A stretch of 63,904 nt of DNA, the filler included, from Reclinomonas americana ATCC 50394 (lineage: Eukaryota), in the NCBI GenBank assembly GCA_048213135.1. It is 14 parts of 14 records of this genome, joined end to end, with 100 filler letters (N's around TTAATTAATTAA, not from the genome) between each part and the next. Parts side by side here need not be neighbours in the genome. Positions count along the whole stretch, not along the records: positions 1 to 3,529 come from AFZH01023294.1; positions 3,630 to 5,995 come from AFZH01023295.1; positions 6,096 to 16,449 come from AFZH01023296.1; 11 more parts are not named here. One strand, given 5' to 3'. Position numbers and translations under genes: made by a program. Below the pieces are notes generated by a model. It was not told the DNA's origin and did no database searches. It saw only the letters and a program-made list of their open reading frames with translations. Numbering within the stretch: the first letter of the stretch is position 1; the number at the start of each line of letters is the position of its first letter. Of the stretch, positions 1 to 10,700 are shown piece after piece.

Positions 1-468
1 GCCGGCATCGCGGTGGTCTCGCTGCCGATGTGCAACATGTATCTGCAGGACCGCCAGCGCGGGCGCACGCCGCGCTGGCGCGGGGTCACCGCGCTGCATG
101 AGCTGAAGGCGGCCGGCGTGCCGGTGACGATCGCCTCCGACAATACCCGCGACCCGTTCTACGCCTATGGCGATCTCGACCTCGTCGAGACCTTGCGCGA
201 AGGCACCCGCATCCTCCAGCTCGATCATTCCGACCGGGACTGGGTGAGGGCGATCGCGACGACGCCGGCCGACATCATGGGGCTTTCAAATGCCGGCCGC
301 CTCGCTGTGGGCGGTCCCGCCGATCTGGTCCTGACGCGCGCCCGCGACTGGACCGAGTTCTTCGCCAGGCCGCAGGCCGACCGGACCGTCCTGGTCAATG
401 GCCGCGCCATCGACCGCACCTTGCCCGACTATCGTGAACTCGATCATTTGATGGCGAGCGCGACCTGA
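1..468 (+). CDS. Cytosine deaminase-like amidohydrolase, C-terminal part (5' truncated by window)
   Basis: SLPMCNMYLQ, GVPVTIASDNTRDPFYAYGDLDL and GGPADLVL motifs typical of CodA-like metal-dependent deaminases. Confidence 0.85.
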   Translation, partial: AGIAVVSLPMCNMYLQDRQRGRTPRWRGVTALHELKAAGVPVTIASDNTRDPFYAYGDLDLVETLREGTRILQLDHSDRDWVRAIATTPADIMGLSNAGRLAVGGPADLVLTRARDWTEFFARPQADRTVLVNGRAIDRTLPDYRELDHLMASAT

Positions 469-494
469 CGATGTTATCCGCCACTCCCTCTTCC

Positions 495-587
495 CGTCAT
501 GGTCGGGCTTGTCCCCACCATCCATGTCTTTCTACGTCGCGTGCGGTGTTCAAGACGTGGATGCTCGCCACAAGGGCGAGCATGACG
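495..587. repeat. Rhizobiales palindromic REP/RIME-like element (CGTCATG...CATGACG family)
   Basis: cgtcatggtcgggcttgtccccaccatccatgtctt...aagacgtggatgctcgccacaagggcgagcatgacg; long inverted arms in an intergenic gap. Confidence 0.8.
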
Positions 588-604
588 CTACAGGAACGCT
601 CCGC

Positions 605-2032
605 ATGACCGCACGCTACGATATCGACGTCCTGAAGCGCCGCCTGAACGGCATCCGCACCGAGGACAATCCAGCGCTGGTCAAGCAGAAGAGCCGCGAC
701 TTCTTCTGGTACTCGCCGAAGCTGAAGCGCCAGCTCGACCATGTCGTCGCCGACATCATCGTCTCGCCGGTGAGCGAAGCCGAGGTGCTGGAGACGCTCT
801 CGGCGGCGCATGCGCTCGGCATCCCGGTGACGCCGCGCGGCACCGGCACCGGTAATTACGGCCAGGCCATGCCGCTTTCGGGCGGGATCGTGCTCGATCT
901 TGCCGGCTTCAACAAAGTGACCAGCATCGAGGCCGGGCGCTATGTCGCCGAGCCCGGCGCGGTGCTGGCCAAGATCGACCAGGAGACGCGCGCCCACTCC
1001 CGGCAGGAGATCCGGCTGCATCCCTCGACCTATCACACCGCCTCGATCGGCGGCTTCATCGCTGGCGGCTCCGGCGGCGTCGGCTCGATCAAATGGGGCG
1101 GCCTGCGCGACTGGGGCAACATCATCTCGCTGCGCGTCGCGACCATGGAAGGCACGCCGCGCATCCTCGAGCTGCAAGGCGAGGACCTGCACAAGGTTGC
1201 CCATGCCTACGGTACCAACGGCATCATCACGCAGGTCGAGATGCCGCTCGGCCCGGCCTATGCCTGGGTCGACGTCATCCTCGGCTTCGACGAATTGCGC
1301 GCCGCGGCCGAGTTCGCCAATGCGCTCGGCGAGCAGGACGGGCTGGCGCTGAAGAATCTCGCGGTGGTCGCCGCGCCGGCGCCGCACGACTACTTCCTGC
1401 GCCACAGGAAATTCCTGCCGCGCGACAGCCATTGCGTCATGGTCATGGTCGCCGATTTCGCGGTCGAGTCCATGCTGGCCTTCGCCCGCCGCTTCGGTGG
1501 CTCGCAGCTGCTGATGCGCTCCGACAAGCTGACGGCAGAGGAGGCCAAGGGCTTGCCGCCGACCTTCGAGCTTGGCTGGAACCACACGACCTTGCGGGCG
1601 CTGCGGGTCGATCCGTCGATCACCTATCTGCAGGTTCTCTATCCCTTCCCGAACCAGGTCGATCTCGTCGACAAGATCCATGCCCGTTTCGGCGACGAGG
1701 TGACCTGCCATCTCGAATTCGTCCGCTTCGACGGCAAGATCACCTGCTTCGGCCTGCCGCTGGTACGCTTCACCAGCGAGGAGCGGCTCGAGGAGATCAT
1801 GGCGATCCATGAGGAGATGGGCGCGCCGATCTTCAACCCCCACCGCTACACGCTGGAGGAGGGCGGGATGAAGCAGACCGACGAGGTCCAGCTCGCCTTC
1901 AAGCGCGAGGCGGATCCGCAGGGCCTGCTCAATCCCGGCAAGATGATCGCCTGGGAGGACCCGAACTACGACTACCGCTCGGGCAAGACCTTCCTGTTCA
2001 AGGCGCTGGGCGAAGCCGGCGTCGGCGCCTGA
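605..2032 (+). CDS. FAD-binding oxidoreductase (FAD_binding_4, GlcD/VAO type)
   Basis: PVTPRGTGTGNYG, ASIGGFIAGGSGG and C-terminal DPQGLLNPGK; ATG 605 after AGGA (the ORF-track start at 509 lies inside the REP). Confidence 0.9.
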   Translation: MTARYDIDVLKRRLNGIRTEDNPALVKQKSRDFFWYSPKLKRQLDHVVADIIVSPVSEAEVLETLSAAHALGIPVTPRGTGTGNYGQAMPLSGGIVLDLAGFNKVTSIEAGRYVAEPGAVLAKIDQETRAHSRQEIRLHPSTYHTASIGGFIAGGSGGVGSIKWGGLRDWGNIISLRVATMEGTPRILELQGEDLHKVAHAYGTNGIITQVEMPLGPAYAWVDVILGFDELRAAAEFANALGEQDGLALKNLAVVAAPAPHDYFLRHRKFLPRDSHCVMVMVADFAVESMLAFARRFGGSQLLMRSDKLTAEEAKGLPPTFELGWNHTTLRALRVDPSITYLQVLYPFPNQVDLVDKIHARFGDEVTCHLEFVRFDGKITCFGLPLVRFTSEERLEEIMAIHEEMGAPIFNPHRYTLEEGGMKQTDEVQLAFKREADPQGLLNPGKMIAWEDPNYDYRSGKTFLFKALGEAGVGA

Positions 2033-2040
2033 GCCGGCCG

Positions 2041-2622
2041 ATGCGCGCGCTCGTCCTCTACGCCCATCCCGATCCCGAGAGCTTCGGGGCGGCGGTGCAT
2101 GAAACGCTCGTCTCCGGTTTGCGCCGGGCCGGGCACGAGGTCGACGATTGCGACCTCTATGCCGAGGGTTTCGATCCGGTGCTGAGCCGCGAGGAGCGCA
2201 TCGACTATCATGATCTTGCCAGCAACCAGAAGAATGTAGCCGGCTATGTCGAGCGCCTGCTTCGGACGGAAGCGCTGTTCCTGTGCTTTCCGGTCTGGAA
2301 CTACGGTTATCCGGCGATCATGAAGGGCTATTTCGATCGCGTCTTCCTGCCGGGCGTCTCGTTCAAGCTGGTCGACGGCTCGATCCGCCCGAATCTCTGG
2401 AACATTCGCCGGCTGACGACGGTGACGAGCTATGGCGGCTCGCGCTGGCGGACCTTCCTGATGGGCGATCCGCCGCGCCGGCAGATCAAGCGCGGCCTGC
2501 GTGCGGTCTGCCATCCCGCGGCGCGGGTCTCCTATCTCGCGCATTACGACATGAACCGCTCGACGCCGCAGAGCCGCGCGGCCTTTCTCGAAAGGGTCGA
2601 GCAGGAAATCGCACGGATTTAA
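2041..2622 (+). CDS. Flavodoxin-fold NAD(P)H-dependent oxidoreductase
   Basis: LVLYAHPDPESF, DLYAEGFDPVL, FPVWNYGYPAIMKGYFDRV. Confidence 0.9.
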   Translation: MRALVLYAHPDPESFGAAVHETLVSGLRRAGHEVDDCDLYAEGFDPVLSREERIDYHDLASNQKNVAGYVERLLRTEALFLCFPVWNYGYPAIMKGYFDRVFLPGVSFKLVDGSIRPNLWNIRRLTTVTSYGGSRWRTFLMGDPPRRQIKRGLRAVCHPAARVSYLAHYDMNRSTPQSRAAFLERVEQEIARI

Positions 2623-2715
2623 GAGCCTGTCTGACAATTGTCATCGGCCTGTCATGAAGGCGGGCGATTGCACAGCCGGCGAAAAGTATCCGCAACCTTT
2701 TCCAAGGGCCGGCTC

Positions 2716-3189
2716 ATGACCAAGTCCCTCGAAAAAAGCGTCGGCCGTGCCCTGTTGGTGACGGCACGGCTTCACAGGGCACGGATGGGCGAGCGCCTTA
2801 ACGCGCTCGGGCTCTTCCCGGGCCAGGAACAGGCGCTGAAATCCCTGCAAAGCGCGCCGATGACGATGGGCGAGCTTGCGACGCTGTTGCGGGTCAAGCC
2901 GCCGACGGTGTCCAAGACGATCGGCCGGCTCTCGCTGCAGGGGCTGGTGACGCGCGAGGGCGGTGGCCGCGACGGCCGACTGGTGCAGGTGGCACTGACC
3001 GAGAACGGCCAGAAGACCGCGGCGGCGCTCGATGCGGTCTGGAACCAGGTCGAGGAAGAGCTGCTCGAAAAGCTCGACGCCAAGGAGCGCAAGCAGTTGC
3101 GCAAATTGCTGCGCAAAGCGTCGAAGGGCCTGTCCAAGGCCGGCGCCGATGTCGACGAGGTCGATGACGAGGCTGAAGACGCCGCCTGA
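2716..3189 (+). CDS. MarR family transcriptional regulator
   Basis: GLFPGQEQAL...MGELATLLRVKPPTVSKTIGRL...RDGRLVQVALTENG winged HTH. Confidence 0.9.
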   Translation: MTKSLEKSVGRALLVTARLHRARMGERLNALGLFPGQEQALKSLQSAPMTMGELATLLRVKPPTVSKTIGRLSLQGLVTREGGGRDGRLVQVALTENGQKTAAALDAVWNQVEEELLEKLDAKERKQLRKLLRKASKGLSKAGADVDEVDDEAEDAA

Positions 3190-3282
3190 AGCTGAACGCG
3201 TCAGCGGCATGACTCGCATGCGCTGACGGGCTGGTTTCAAGTCTTAAATCGGTTCATTGATGTCTCGTCATTCCTCCAGAGC

Positions 3283-3529
3283 ATGACGAGACGCTCAGCC
3301 TTGTCGGCCGCTCCCGCTCCGCTTCCGGATACGCGCCGGACACGCCTGACCGCCATCGCCCTGATGAGTGGGGCGATCGTCTGCTTTTCACTGCTCGACA
3401 CTTGCGCGAAATGGCTCGGCAGCACGATGCATCCAATGCAGGTCGTGCTGGCGCGCTATGTGATCAGCGTCGCCCTGGTCTCGCTGTTGCTCAATCCCTG
3501 GAGCCATCCGGGCATCACCCGGACCAAGC
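3283..3529 (+). CDS. DMT/EamA transporter, N-terminal fragment
   Basis: AIALMSGAIVCFSLLDTCAKWL...PMQVVLARY; runs into spacer. Confidence 0.8.
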
Positions 3530-3629
3530 NNNNNNNNNNNNNNNNNNNNNNNNNNNNNNNNNNNNNNNNNNNNTTAATTAATTAANNNNNNNNNNNNNNN
3601 NNNNNNNNNNNNNNNNNNNNNNNNNNNNN
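3530..3629. other. Artificial contig spacer (N-run/TTAATTAATTAA/N-run); the same spacer occurs at 5996-6095, 16450-16549, 35042-35141, 39540-39639, 40704-40803, 42828-42927, 47101-47200, 48746-48845, 49961-50060, 54918-55017, 58464-58563 and 62733-62832
   Basis: Identical 100-nt blocks with stop codons in all six frames. Confidence 0.98.
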
Positions 3630-3749
3630 GTCCTTGTCGGTCGCCCAGACGGTCGCGCCCTCCGCGACGAAGGCCTCGGCGATCGCCCGGCCGATGCCCT
3701 GGCCGGCGGCGGTGACGACCGCGACCTTGCCCTTCAAACGTCCTGCCAT
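3630..3749 (-). CDS. SDR family oxidoreductase, N-terminal fragment
   Basis: [32 protein letters not shown]ossmann motif read on the minus strand. Confidence 0.85.
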
Positions 3750-3774
3750 GTCGTTTCTTCCCTTGGTTTCCCGG

Positions 3775-4221
3775 TTATCGAAGGCTTTTTCGCATATGGA
3801 TCAGCCGGCGATCCGGCAGATCCTCGTAATGGGTGGTCCGGTAGCCGAGCCGCTCATACCAGCCGATGCGGTCGGCGAGCTTGACGTGGGTGTAGAGATG
3901 GAAGGCGTCGTGGCCGAGCGCCTTGGCCCGCTCCTCGGTGAAGTCCATCAATTGCGAGCCGATCTTCCTGCCGGTGGCGGCCGGCGAGACGGCGATGCTC
4001 CAGAGCGTGAACTTTGCCGGTTCCTCCTCGAGCACGAGGACGCCGTCGAGCGCCCCCTCGCTTTCGGCGAGCCAGACCTCGTGCTCCGCCAGCACCTTGC
4101 GATAATCGGCGATGCGCGGCAGCGAGGGCACGCCAATGATGCTCTCGTTCGGCAGATAGGCAGCCTGCGTCAGCGCGACGATCGCCGGAATATCCTCGGT
4201 CGTGGCGCGACGCAGGGCCAT
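3775..4221 (-). CDS. GNAT N-acetyltransferase
   Basis: [18 protein letters not shown] motif [10 protein letters not shown]. Confidence 0.9.
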   Translation of the reverse strand: MALRRATTEDIPAIVALTQAAYLPNESIIGVPSLPRIADYRKVLAEHEVWLAESEGALDGVLVLEEEPAKFTLWSIAVSPAATGRKIGSQLMDFTEERAKALGHDAFHLYTHVKLADRIGWYERLGYRTTHYEDLPDRRLIHMRKSLR

Positions 4222-4222
4222 C

Positions 4223-4897
4223 TCAGGCGGCTCCCGCCGTCTTCATGCAATCGGCCAGCGAGCGCTTCTGCTGGCCTTGCGCATCGAAGTTCTCCGGCGC
4301 GAGCCAGTTCCTGAAGCCCTGCCCGACCTTGGGCCATTCGCTGTCGAGGATCGAGAACCAGGCGGTGTCGCGGTTCTCGCCCTTAACCACCTGGTGCTGG
4401 CGGAAGAGACCCTCGTACTGGAAGCCGAAGCGCAGTGCGGCGCGCTTGGAGGGCTCGTTGCGGTTGTTGCACTTCCACTCATAACGGCGGTAGCCGAGCG
4501 AGAAGCCGTATTCACCGATGAGATAGACCGCTTCCGTCGCCATGCGGGTGCGCTGCATCGACGGCGAATAGGTGATCCAGCCGACCTCGAAGACGCCGTG
4601 CTCGGGCCGGATCTCCATCATCCAGAGATGACCCTTGGCCTTGCCGTCGGCTTCGTCGATCACGGCGAAGGGAATGATGCCGGCCTTGCCCGCCATCATC
4701 GTCAGCAGTTCGGCATAGGCCTCGCGGCTTGGCGGCAGCGTCGAGGGCAGCCAATCCCAGACCGATTCATGGCCGTCCATGGCCTGCCAGATGTCGTCGA
4801 GATGGCGGGCCGGGTCGAGCGGCTCCAGCCTGCAATAGCGGCCCTGCAGCACCTTGGCCGGCGGGAAGGAGCGGGGCGTCCAGTTCAGCGTCGTCAT
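4223..4897 (-). CDS. GNAT acetyltransferase, RimJ/RimL-like
   Basis: YRRYEWKCNNRNEPSKRAALRFGFQYEGLFRQH...RDTAWFSILDSEW. Confidence 0.9.
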   Translation of the reverse strand: MTTLNWTPRSFPPAKVLQGRYCRLEPLDPARHLDDIWQAMDGHESVWDWLPSTLPPSREAYAELLTMMAGKAGIIPFAVIDEADGKAKGHLWMMEIRPEHGVFEVGWITYSPSMQRTRMATEAVYLIGEYGFSLGYRRYEWKCNNRNEPSKRAALRFGFQYEGLFRQHQVVKGENRDTAWFSILDSEWPKVGQGFRNWLAPENFDAQGQQKRSLADCMKTAGAA

Positions 4898-5220
4898 GCC
4901 TTGATCGTCCTGCGCCAGGCGGAGAAGTCGTGAGTGATCTGCCAGTCCGGGCCGAGCTCGGCGGCGATGGCGGCGGCGAGCGCTGCGCCTTCCGCTTCCC
5001 AAGCGCTGCGCTCGGCTTCGCTGGCGAAATCGGAGGCAGCCTCGTTTGCCTCGTCATAGATCGCGTCGAAGGTGTCCATCCAGCTTTCCAGCCGGTCGGC
5101 GAGCTCGTCGGACAGATCGATGTCGTCGGCATCGACCGGCTTGCGCTTGCCCTTGGCGTCGATTTGCCAGAGCCCGCTCCTGCCGAGCCATTCCGGCGCG
5201 ATGAGCAACTGCCCGCTCAC
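4894..5220 (-). CDS. Small acidic hypothetical protein
   Basis: GTG start overlaps the upstream stop and its own stop overlaps the next ATG (translational coupling). Confidence 0.7.
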   Translation of the reverse strand: MSGQLLIAPEWLGRSGLWQIDAKGKRKPVDADDIDLSDELADRLESWMDTFDAIYDEANEAASDFASEAERSAWEAEGAALAAAIAAELGPDWQITHDFSAWRRTIKA

Positions 5221-5995
5221 GAGCGCGCCTTGAGATCGTCGCGGAAGAACGGGTTGAGCGGGGCCGAGGCGCCGTTGCCGGCGAAGCCCTTGAAGCTGCC
5301 TTCGTCCTTGATCAGGCGCGTTGCCTCGATGAAGGCGGCCCAGGCGGCGCGGGCGAGAGCTGCCCCGATCGAGATGCGGCGCGTGCCGGCGGCGGCGACA
5401 TCGGCAACGCTGAGGCCGACATCGCCATAGACCAGCGTATTGACCGGCTTGCCGCCGGCCGCCGCGACGATGGCTGCGATGTCGGCCGTCGTCTTCGGAC
5501 CGGGCGCATAGAGCACGTCGGCGCCGGCTTCGGCATAGGCCTTGATGCGTCGCGCCGACTCGTTCAGCGCGTCGGGATGGCCGGTCAGGAAACATTCGGC
5601 GCGGGCGGTCAGCACGACGCCGGTACCGGTTTCGTCGATGGCGCGACGGGCTGCCTTGACGCGCTCGACCGCGAGCTCGAAGGGATAGAGCGGCTCGTCG
5701 CTGCGGCCGGTGGCGTCCTCGATCGAGAGGCCGGCGACACCGGTCGCGATGCAGAGCTTGACGTTGGCCGCGACGCCGTCGGGCGTATCGGCATAGCCGT
5801 TCTCGAAATCGGCGTTGACCGGCAGATCGGGGACCGCCTTCACCAGCTCGGCGAGATGGGCCAGCATCATGTCGCGCGGCACGTCCTGGTCGGCGCGCCC
5901 CTGCGTGAAGGCGAAGCCGGCGCTGGTCGAGGCGAGGGCCTTGAAGCCCTGGCCGCGCAGCCAGCGGGCCGAGCCCTCGTCCCAGGGGTTCGGCA
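5217..5995 (-). CDS. Isocitrate lyase/PEP mutase family protein (5' truncated)
   Basis: PNPWD..ALASTSAG, PVNADFENGYA, GLSIEDATG, AYAEAGADVLYAPG. Confidence 0.9.
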
Positions 5996-6289
5996 NNNNN
6001 NNNNNNNNNNNNNNNNNNNNNNNNNNNNNNNNNNNNNNNTTAATTAATTAANNNNNNNNNNNNNNNNNNNNNNNNNNNNNNNNNNNNNNNNNNNNACTCT
6101 GTTTCCCGTCGACGTCTCAATGACTGCGTTGCGGGAGTACTTCTCCTCGGGCCTTCCTGTCGACAGAATCACCACTTCCTCGTCGCGAAGTGCGTACATT
6201 GTAAAAAGGCCAAAAACAATGCTTCACCGTCGAGTGGATCGATGGAGACAACTTGCAAATATGTGATGTAAAAGGACTACTTTGCAGCT

Positions 6290-6800
6290 ATGCATCGCGC
6301 AACACGTGGACGCACTGTACGCTGCAACTATGCATGCGAAGCGGCGCCGGCTGCAAAATTCTCGATCGTGATATAGATATTGCAGAGCGCTGCGCTCCAT
6401 CGCAGCGCGCTCCATCGCGCTCCATCGCGATCGCGATCGTCGAGCTCGTGCAACAGCTGCGGTACCTCCGGTACCAGTTCGCGTGCACCGCTGTGGTTGC
6501 CAATCACGCAGTCACAAAAGTGCGTGCAAGCCGATATCGCTCGATATCGATATCGAATGAGTTTGCACTCGATGTCCGCCCCTTCGCGCGCATCCCATGG
6601 CCCGCTGTCACGTCGACTTCTCCTACCACGGCAGCCTGTCGCTGGCATGCCAACCAATGTCGACGTCGATGATCATTTTCGTACATGTTGTTGACATCGA
6701 TATCCGCGCGCCTCGTACGCTGCGCATATGCACAATTGCATATGCGATGTACGCATGTCTGATGCGTCCCTCGCTGCGATCAGTGCGATGAGAGCGACTG
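6290..6800 (-). pseudogene. Probable decayed ankyrin-repeat coding sequence (eukaryotic contig)
   Basis: Fragments across frames read G.DVNNMYEND..QAAVVGEVDV..GADIECK and ELDDRDRDG..SALRWSA, broken by short duplications. Confidence 0.4.
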
Positions 6801-7470
6801 CGCGATCGTGGCTTGGCGAGCAAAAAGTTTCTGTTTCCGCACCCCACTCCGTCAATATACCAACGGGAAGAGATCGACGCCATGGCAGCACCAAATCCTA
6901 TCCGGATCCACCCGTCATTTACGGCAACAACGAGTAATAATAACGATTGACATCGTTCGACCAACGCACAGGTTTTGGTTCCCCTATCGTCCCTCGCCCG
7001 CACCAAGCGTGTGAGTGCACAGGTTGCTCAGTGTACATCACCGATACCGGCGCCGGCCAGTCACACTGCGCATGGTGATAGTTACTGTTTAGTATACTGA
7101 GGTTTCTGGAAGAGAAGAACGGAGCAGTCACACCACTAAATTTGCGCGCGCTGCGGATCCGGACAATCGGGGGCGCTTGCGCGGAATGAGCGATGAAAAA
7201 CCACACAAACCACTCACCGCGAGGAGACACACACACGCACCAACTCAAGTCGAAGGATATTCCTGCGCGGTCCGCAAGATTCCGCTGTGGTATATCTCCA
7301 AACGGCACACTGACCGTTTCCTGTGTTTGCTGAATCTGGATATTTTTACCGCCGCGTCGAGAAGGAGACACACCCGTGCGCGCATGAGCACCACATCCCT
7401 CACTAATATCAGGCAGCCACATAATGCTCTCGCCGATGAAGCGGCGGCAATCTCAACGATATAATATACC

Positions 7471-7512
7471 GCAGCGCGCAGCGCGCAGCGAAGCGCAGCG
7501 AAGCGCAGCGAA
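7471..7512 (+). repeat. Short GC-rich tandem repeat
   Basis: gcagcgc gcagcgc gcagcgaagc gcagcgaagc gcagcgaa. Confidence 0.8.
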
Positions 7513-7775
7513 ATACAGAGTATTCATTGCGTTCCTCGTCCTGTGCTTTGCCTCTCCCACCAGCAGCACCCCGCCTCACACAACCGCGACGAACGCACCT
7601 GTGGATAAGGCAAGCATGCAGCCTGCACAGCCACATTTTTTCAAAACTCCGTTCGAATTCAACCAAAATTTGTCTTTCTCGTTTTGGGTGGAGAGAAGAA
7701 AACTTCACACTCTTTTCGGCGTGGGCGCCCCCTGTGCAACACAGGCTCCTCTCTCTCTCTCTTCCCTTTAGAAAA

Positions 7776-10700
7776 ATGTCAGCACGCCGGCTATCGCTGG
7801 CTGTGCTCTCGTCGAGCGACAGTCGCCAACGCTCCAAACTCTTCAACACCGACTCATTCACATTCGTCATTCAGCAACTGTTCCGCTCACACGACGGACC
7901 GCAGCCGCTGTTCACCTCTGTTGCGCGCACACACACACAAGCACACACACGCGCACAGATTCCCTCTCTGTTTCTCACGCACAACGCACGCGTGGTATTT
8001 CTTGCACCACTACTGCTTGCCTTTTCACAGGTGGCATGGATCGACGCGTTGTGTTTTTTCGCCGTGCACATGTCCGCGTTCGCCACAGTCATGTCACCAA
8101 TGGTGTTGGCGGGCACGGGCGAAAACGTTTTTCTCGCCGCCGCACTGCTACCTCAGGTAACTACACTCCGCTTGTTTGATGTGTTTTTGTTGTCTACGAA
8201 TGCGGCAGCGAGTGGCCGTTTCGAAACCGCCAAACATGTGATTCTCTTCTTGCTCCCTTTTTGTGTTGCAGATGATGACGCTGGCGCGCTTCCATGTGAT
8301 CTTCGGCTACATTTCGATCTTTGTGGCCGGCCTCCTCGCGCAGGTGGTGCTGCTGTGGTGGTTGTCCAAGTCGAAAAAGACGGAGTCACAAACCGGTTCT
8401 GGACAAATCACTGGCAGCAGTGGAGGCTTGCACAGCATTCTGAGTGCCGCCTTGCGTGTGCAGGTGCGCACCTACTCTTCCTCCCTCCCTCCCTCCCTCT
8501 CCCCCCGTTTCCCCGTTTTGTCTCCCGTGACACACTCTTGCAGATTGCGCTGGCTGTTGGCCCGTTTCTAACGGCCATTACCCTGGTCCTGCTGCGGCCC
8601 TTGCACTGCGACTGGATCTCGCTGGAGAGCCTCAGCCTCGACACGAGCATTCACTTGGGCAATGCAACGTGGAGTTGCGTCGTTTCCACATCGCACAGAT
8701 GTAAAGAAACTGGCGAACGCTGAAAGCATCTTTCCAATGTCAGCGTGTAAGGAATCCACCAACATTGTGCTCGGCGTCATGGGCATCCTCATGACATTCT
8801 TCTTGGGCGCGCTCGCGATCCTCGCGCCTCTCATGTTGCGTGAGGCAGTTTTCTGTTTCGTTTTCCCCCATTTGTTTCGGTTTCTCACTCCCTCTCTCTT
8901 CAGCTCGCTGGACTTCCGCCCCGCCTCCCGCCTGTGGACGGCCGGATTCCTGAGTGGACGCTTCCTGGCCACTCTCAACGTGCTCCGCATGCTCCTTGTT
9001 GTTTCCCACACCTACGGTGCCCATCATGCACCTCTCTTGCACTTGGGGGTGTGCGCCTGCGTCGCGCTGGTGCTGCTGATCGTCGCGGTGCGCTACGTGC
9101 CGTTCTTTGTGGTGGCTGCCAGTCGCATCTCCACTTGTTGGTGCCTCGCGATTCTGTGCGCCGCCGGTGGCTGCGCGGCGGCCGTCCTCGTACCGGCAGT
9201 GACGAAGAGCAGTCTCGGAGAGAAGATTGCCACGCCGGCCATTACGGTAGGCGCCGTTCTGGTGGCACTGCCGATTGGCCTGCTGGTACACTGGTTGCAA
9301 CAGCGCTTCATCAGTCGACGCACCGACAAGTTCATCGACGGCACACTCGACGGCAGTGCCACGAGCAGCAAGGGCAGCAGCAAGAGCATGCTGCTCTCTC
9401 CGACGGAGCGCTACCTGGTATGTTGACACCTGTTTCATTTCCCCCCTTCCATGCGTCTCCAACACGCTAACATGCATGCATGCATGCAACACAGCGCGGA
9501 GCCAGTCGGTCCAACATGGGCAAGAGAGTGACTGTGGAGGAAGACAGCGAAGAGGCCGCCTTGCGGCACCTCTTCGCGTCGCCGTGGTCCGTGGAAATCG
9601 CCGCTCGCCTCCCACCGGCCAACACGCTCGAACCGTGGGCGCGCGCCATGGACTTGTTTGAGCTCGGTGCGCCGTGGCCTCTTTTCCATGCGTGCTTGCT
9701 TGTCACTGACGGACAAGCTGGTTTGTGTACGTATGCAGGCACTTTCCGATTCAGCGACGGAGACTCTGCCGCATCGCTCACGGTGCAGCTGCTGCACGCA
9801 ATCTATCTGTGGAACTACAACGTGGACATTGACCGAGCGCAGCAAGTGATTGCCGAGGTGGCCGCGCAAGACGAGGCCAAGCATCTCCTCCCGATGGACC
9901 TGCATCGAATCGTGCAGGTGGCGGCCAACTCGTTCAGCACCAACGACGACTCATTCAAGGAGGCCTCGTTCCACGCTCGCCTTGCAGCGCTGCACCACGA
10001 ATGGTGTCAGTGCTACGTCATCAGCATTGCTGCGTGGCGCAACCTGGAGACCGTGGGTCAACGCACAGGTACGCGCTCGTGCCTGCCGTTTCCTGTCGCG
10101 ATTGACATCTCTCCTCACTCATCACCTCTCGCTCACAGACGAGAAGCTCTTGTCGCTTCTTCTCTCACTGCGTGAGCAAGAGGCGACCACTGAACGCCTC
10201 TTCAAGTCCATGATGAAGGACTTTCCCAACAATGCCGATCTTGTGTCCTTGTTTGCCATGGTTTGTCGGGAGTTGAAGCTCACCAGGCGAATGGAGGCTG
10301 TGCTCACTCGTTTCTGCACACAGTTCACCTCCGAAATCAAGAACGACACACACGAAGGCCAACGACTGGACGAAGTCGCCGATGCCATGACCACCGAGTC
10401 TGGCTTGAATAACAAGACTCGCACTGCAGAGCGCGAATACGAAGTAATGGAAGCCGTGCAGGTTCGTGCAACAGCATCATCTCTTACACGCTGTCCAACG
10501 CAGTACGCTTATGATCGTGTCGTGCAGAAAATTCGGTCGTTTGCAACCAGGAGCATCAGAGGCCGTCGAGGAAGCGCGGTGGAGGGCATCGATGTGTACG
10601 ATGTACTCGATCTTGACCGCTGTGAGGGTCGTGACATGGATGCGAAAGGCAAGTCTGCACTCCATTTTTCTGCACTGCTTCTGCTGTCCTCCCTCATTTG

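Noticed and set aside
497..1843. Long antisense ORFs (also 36362-37618, 41257-42879, 45098-47152, 51921-53618)
   Set aside because: Shadow frames of GC-rich genes on the opposite strand, with no motifs
2619..2640. TAAGAGCCTGTCTGACAA as an IS5-type end
   Set aside because: Single short end with no partner or transposase remnant
7253..7260. ATATCCTT on the minus strand as a U12 donor
   Set aside because: No recognisable gene or downstream U12 branch site
7745..7778. Pyrimidine tract + AG just before the ATG as a spliced-leader trans-splicing acceptor
   Set aside because: Equally explained by a 5' UTR cis-intron or a CT-rich promoter; no SL evidence in the window
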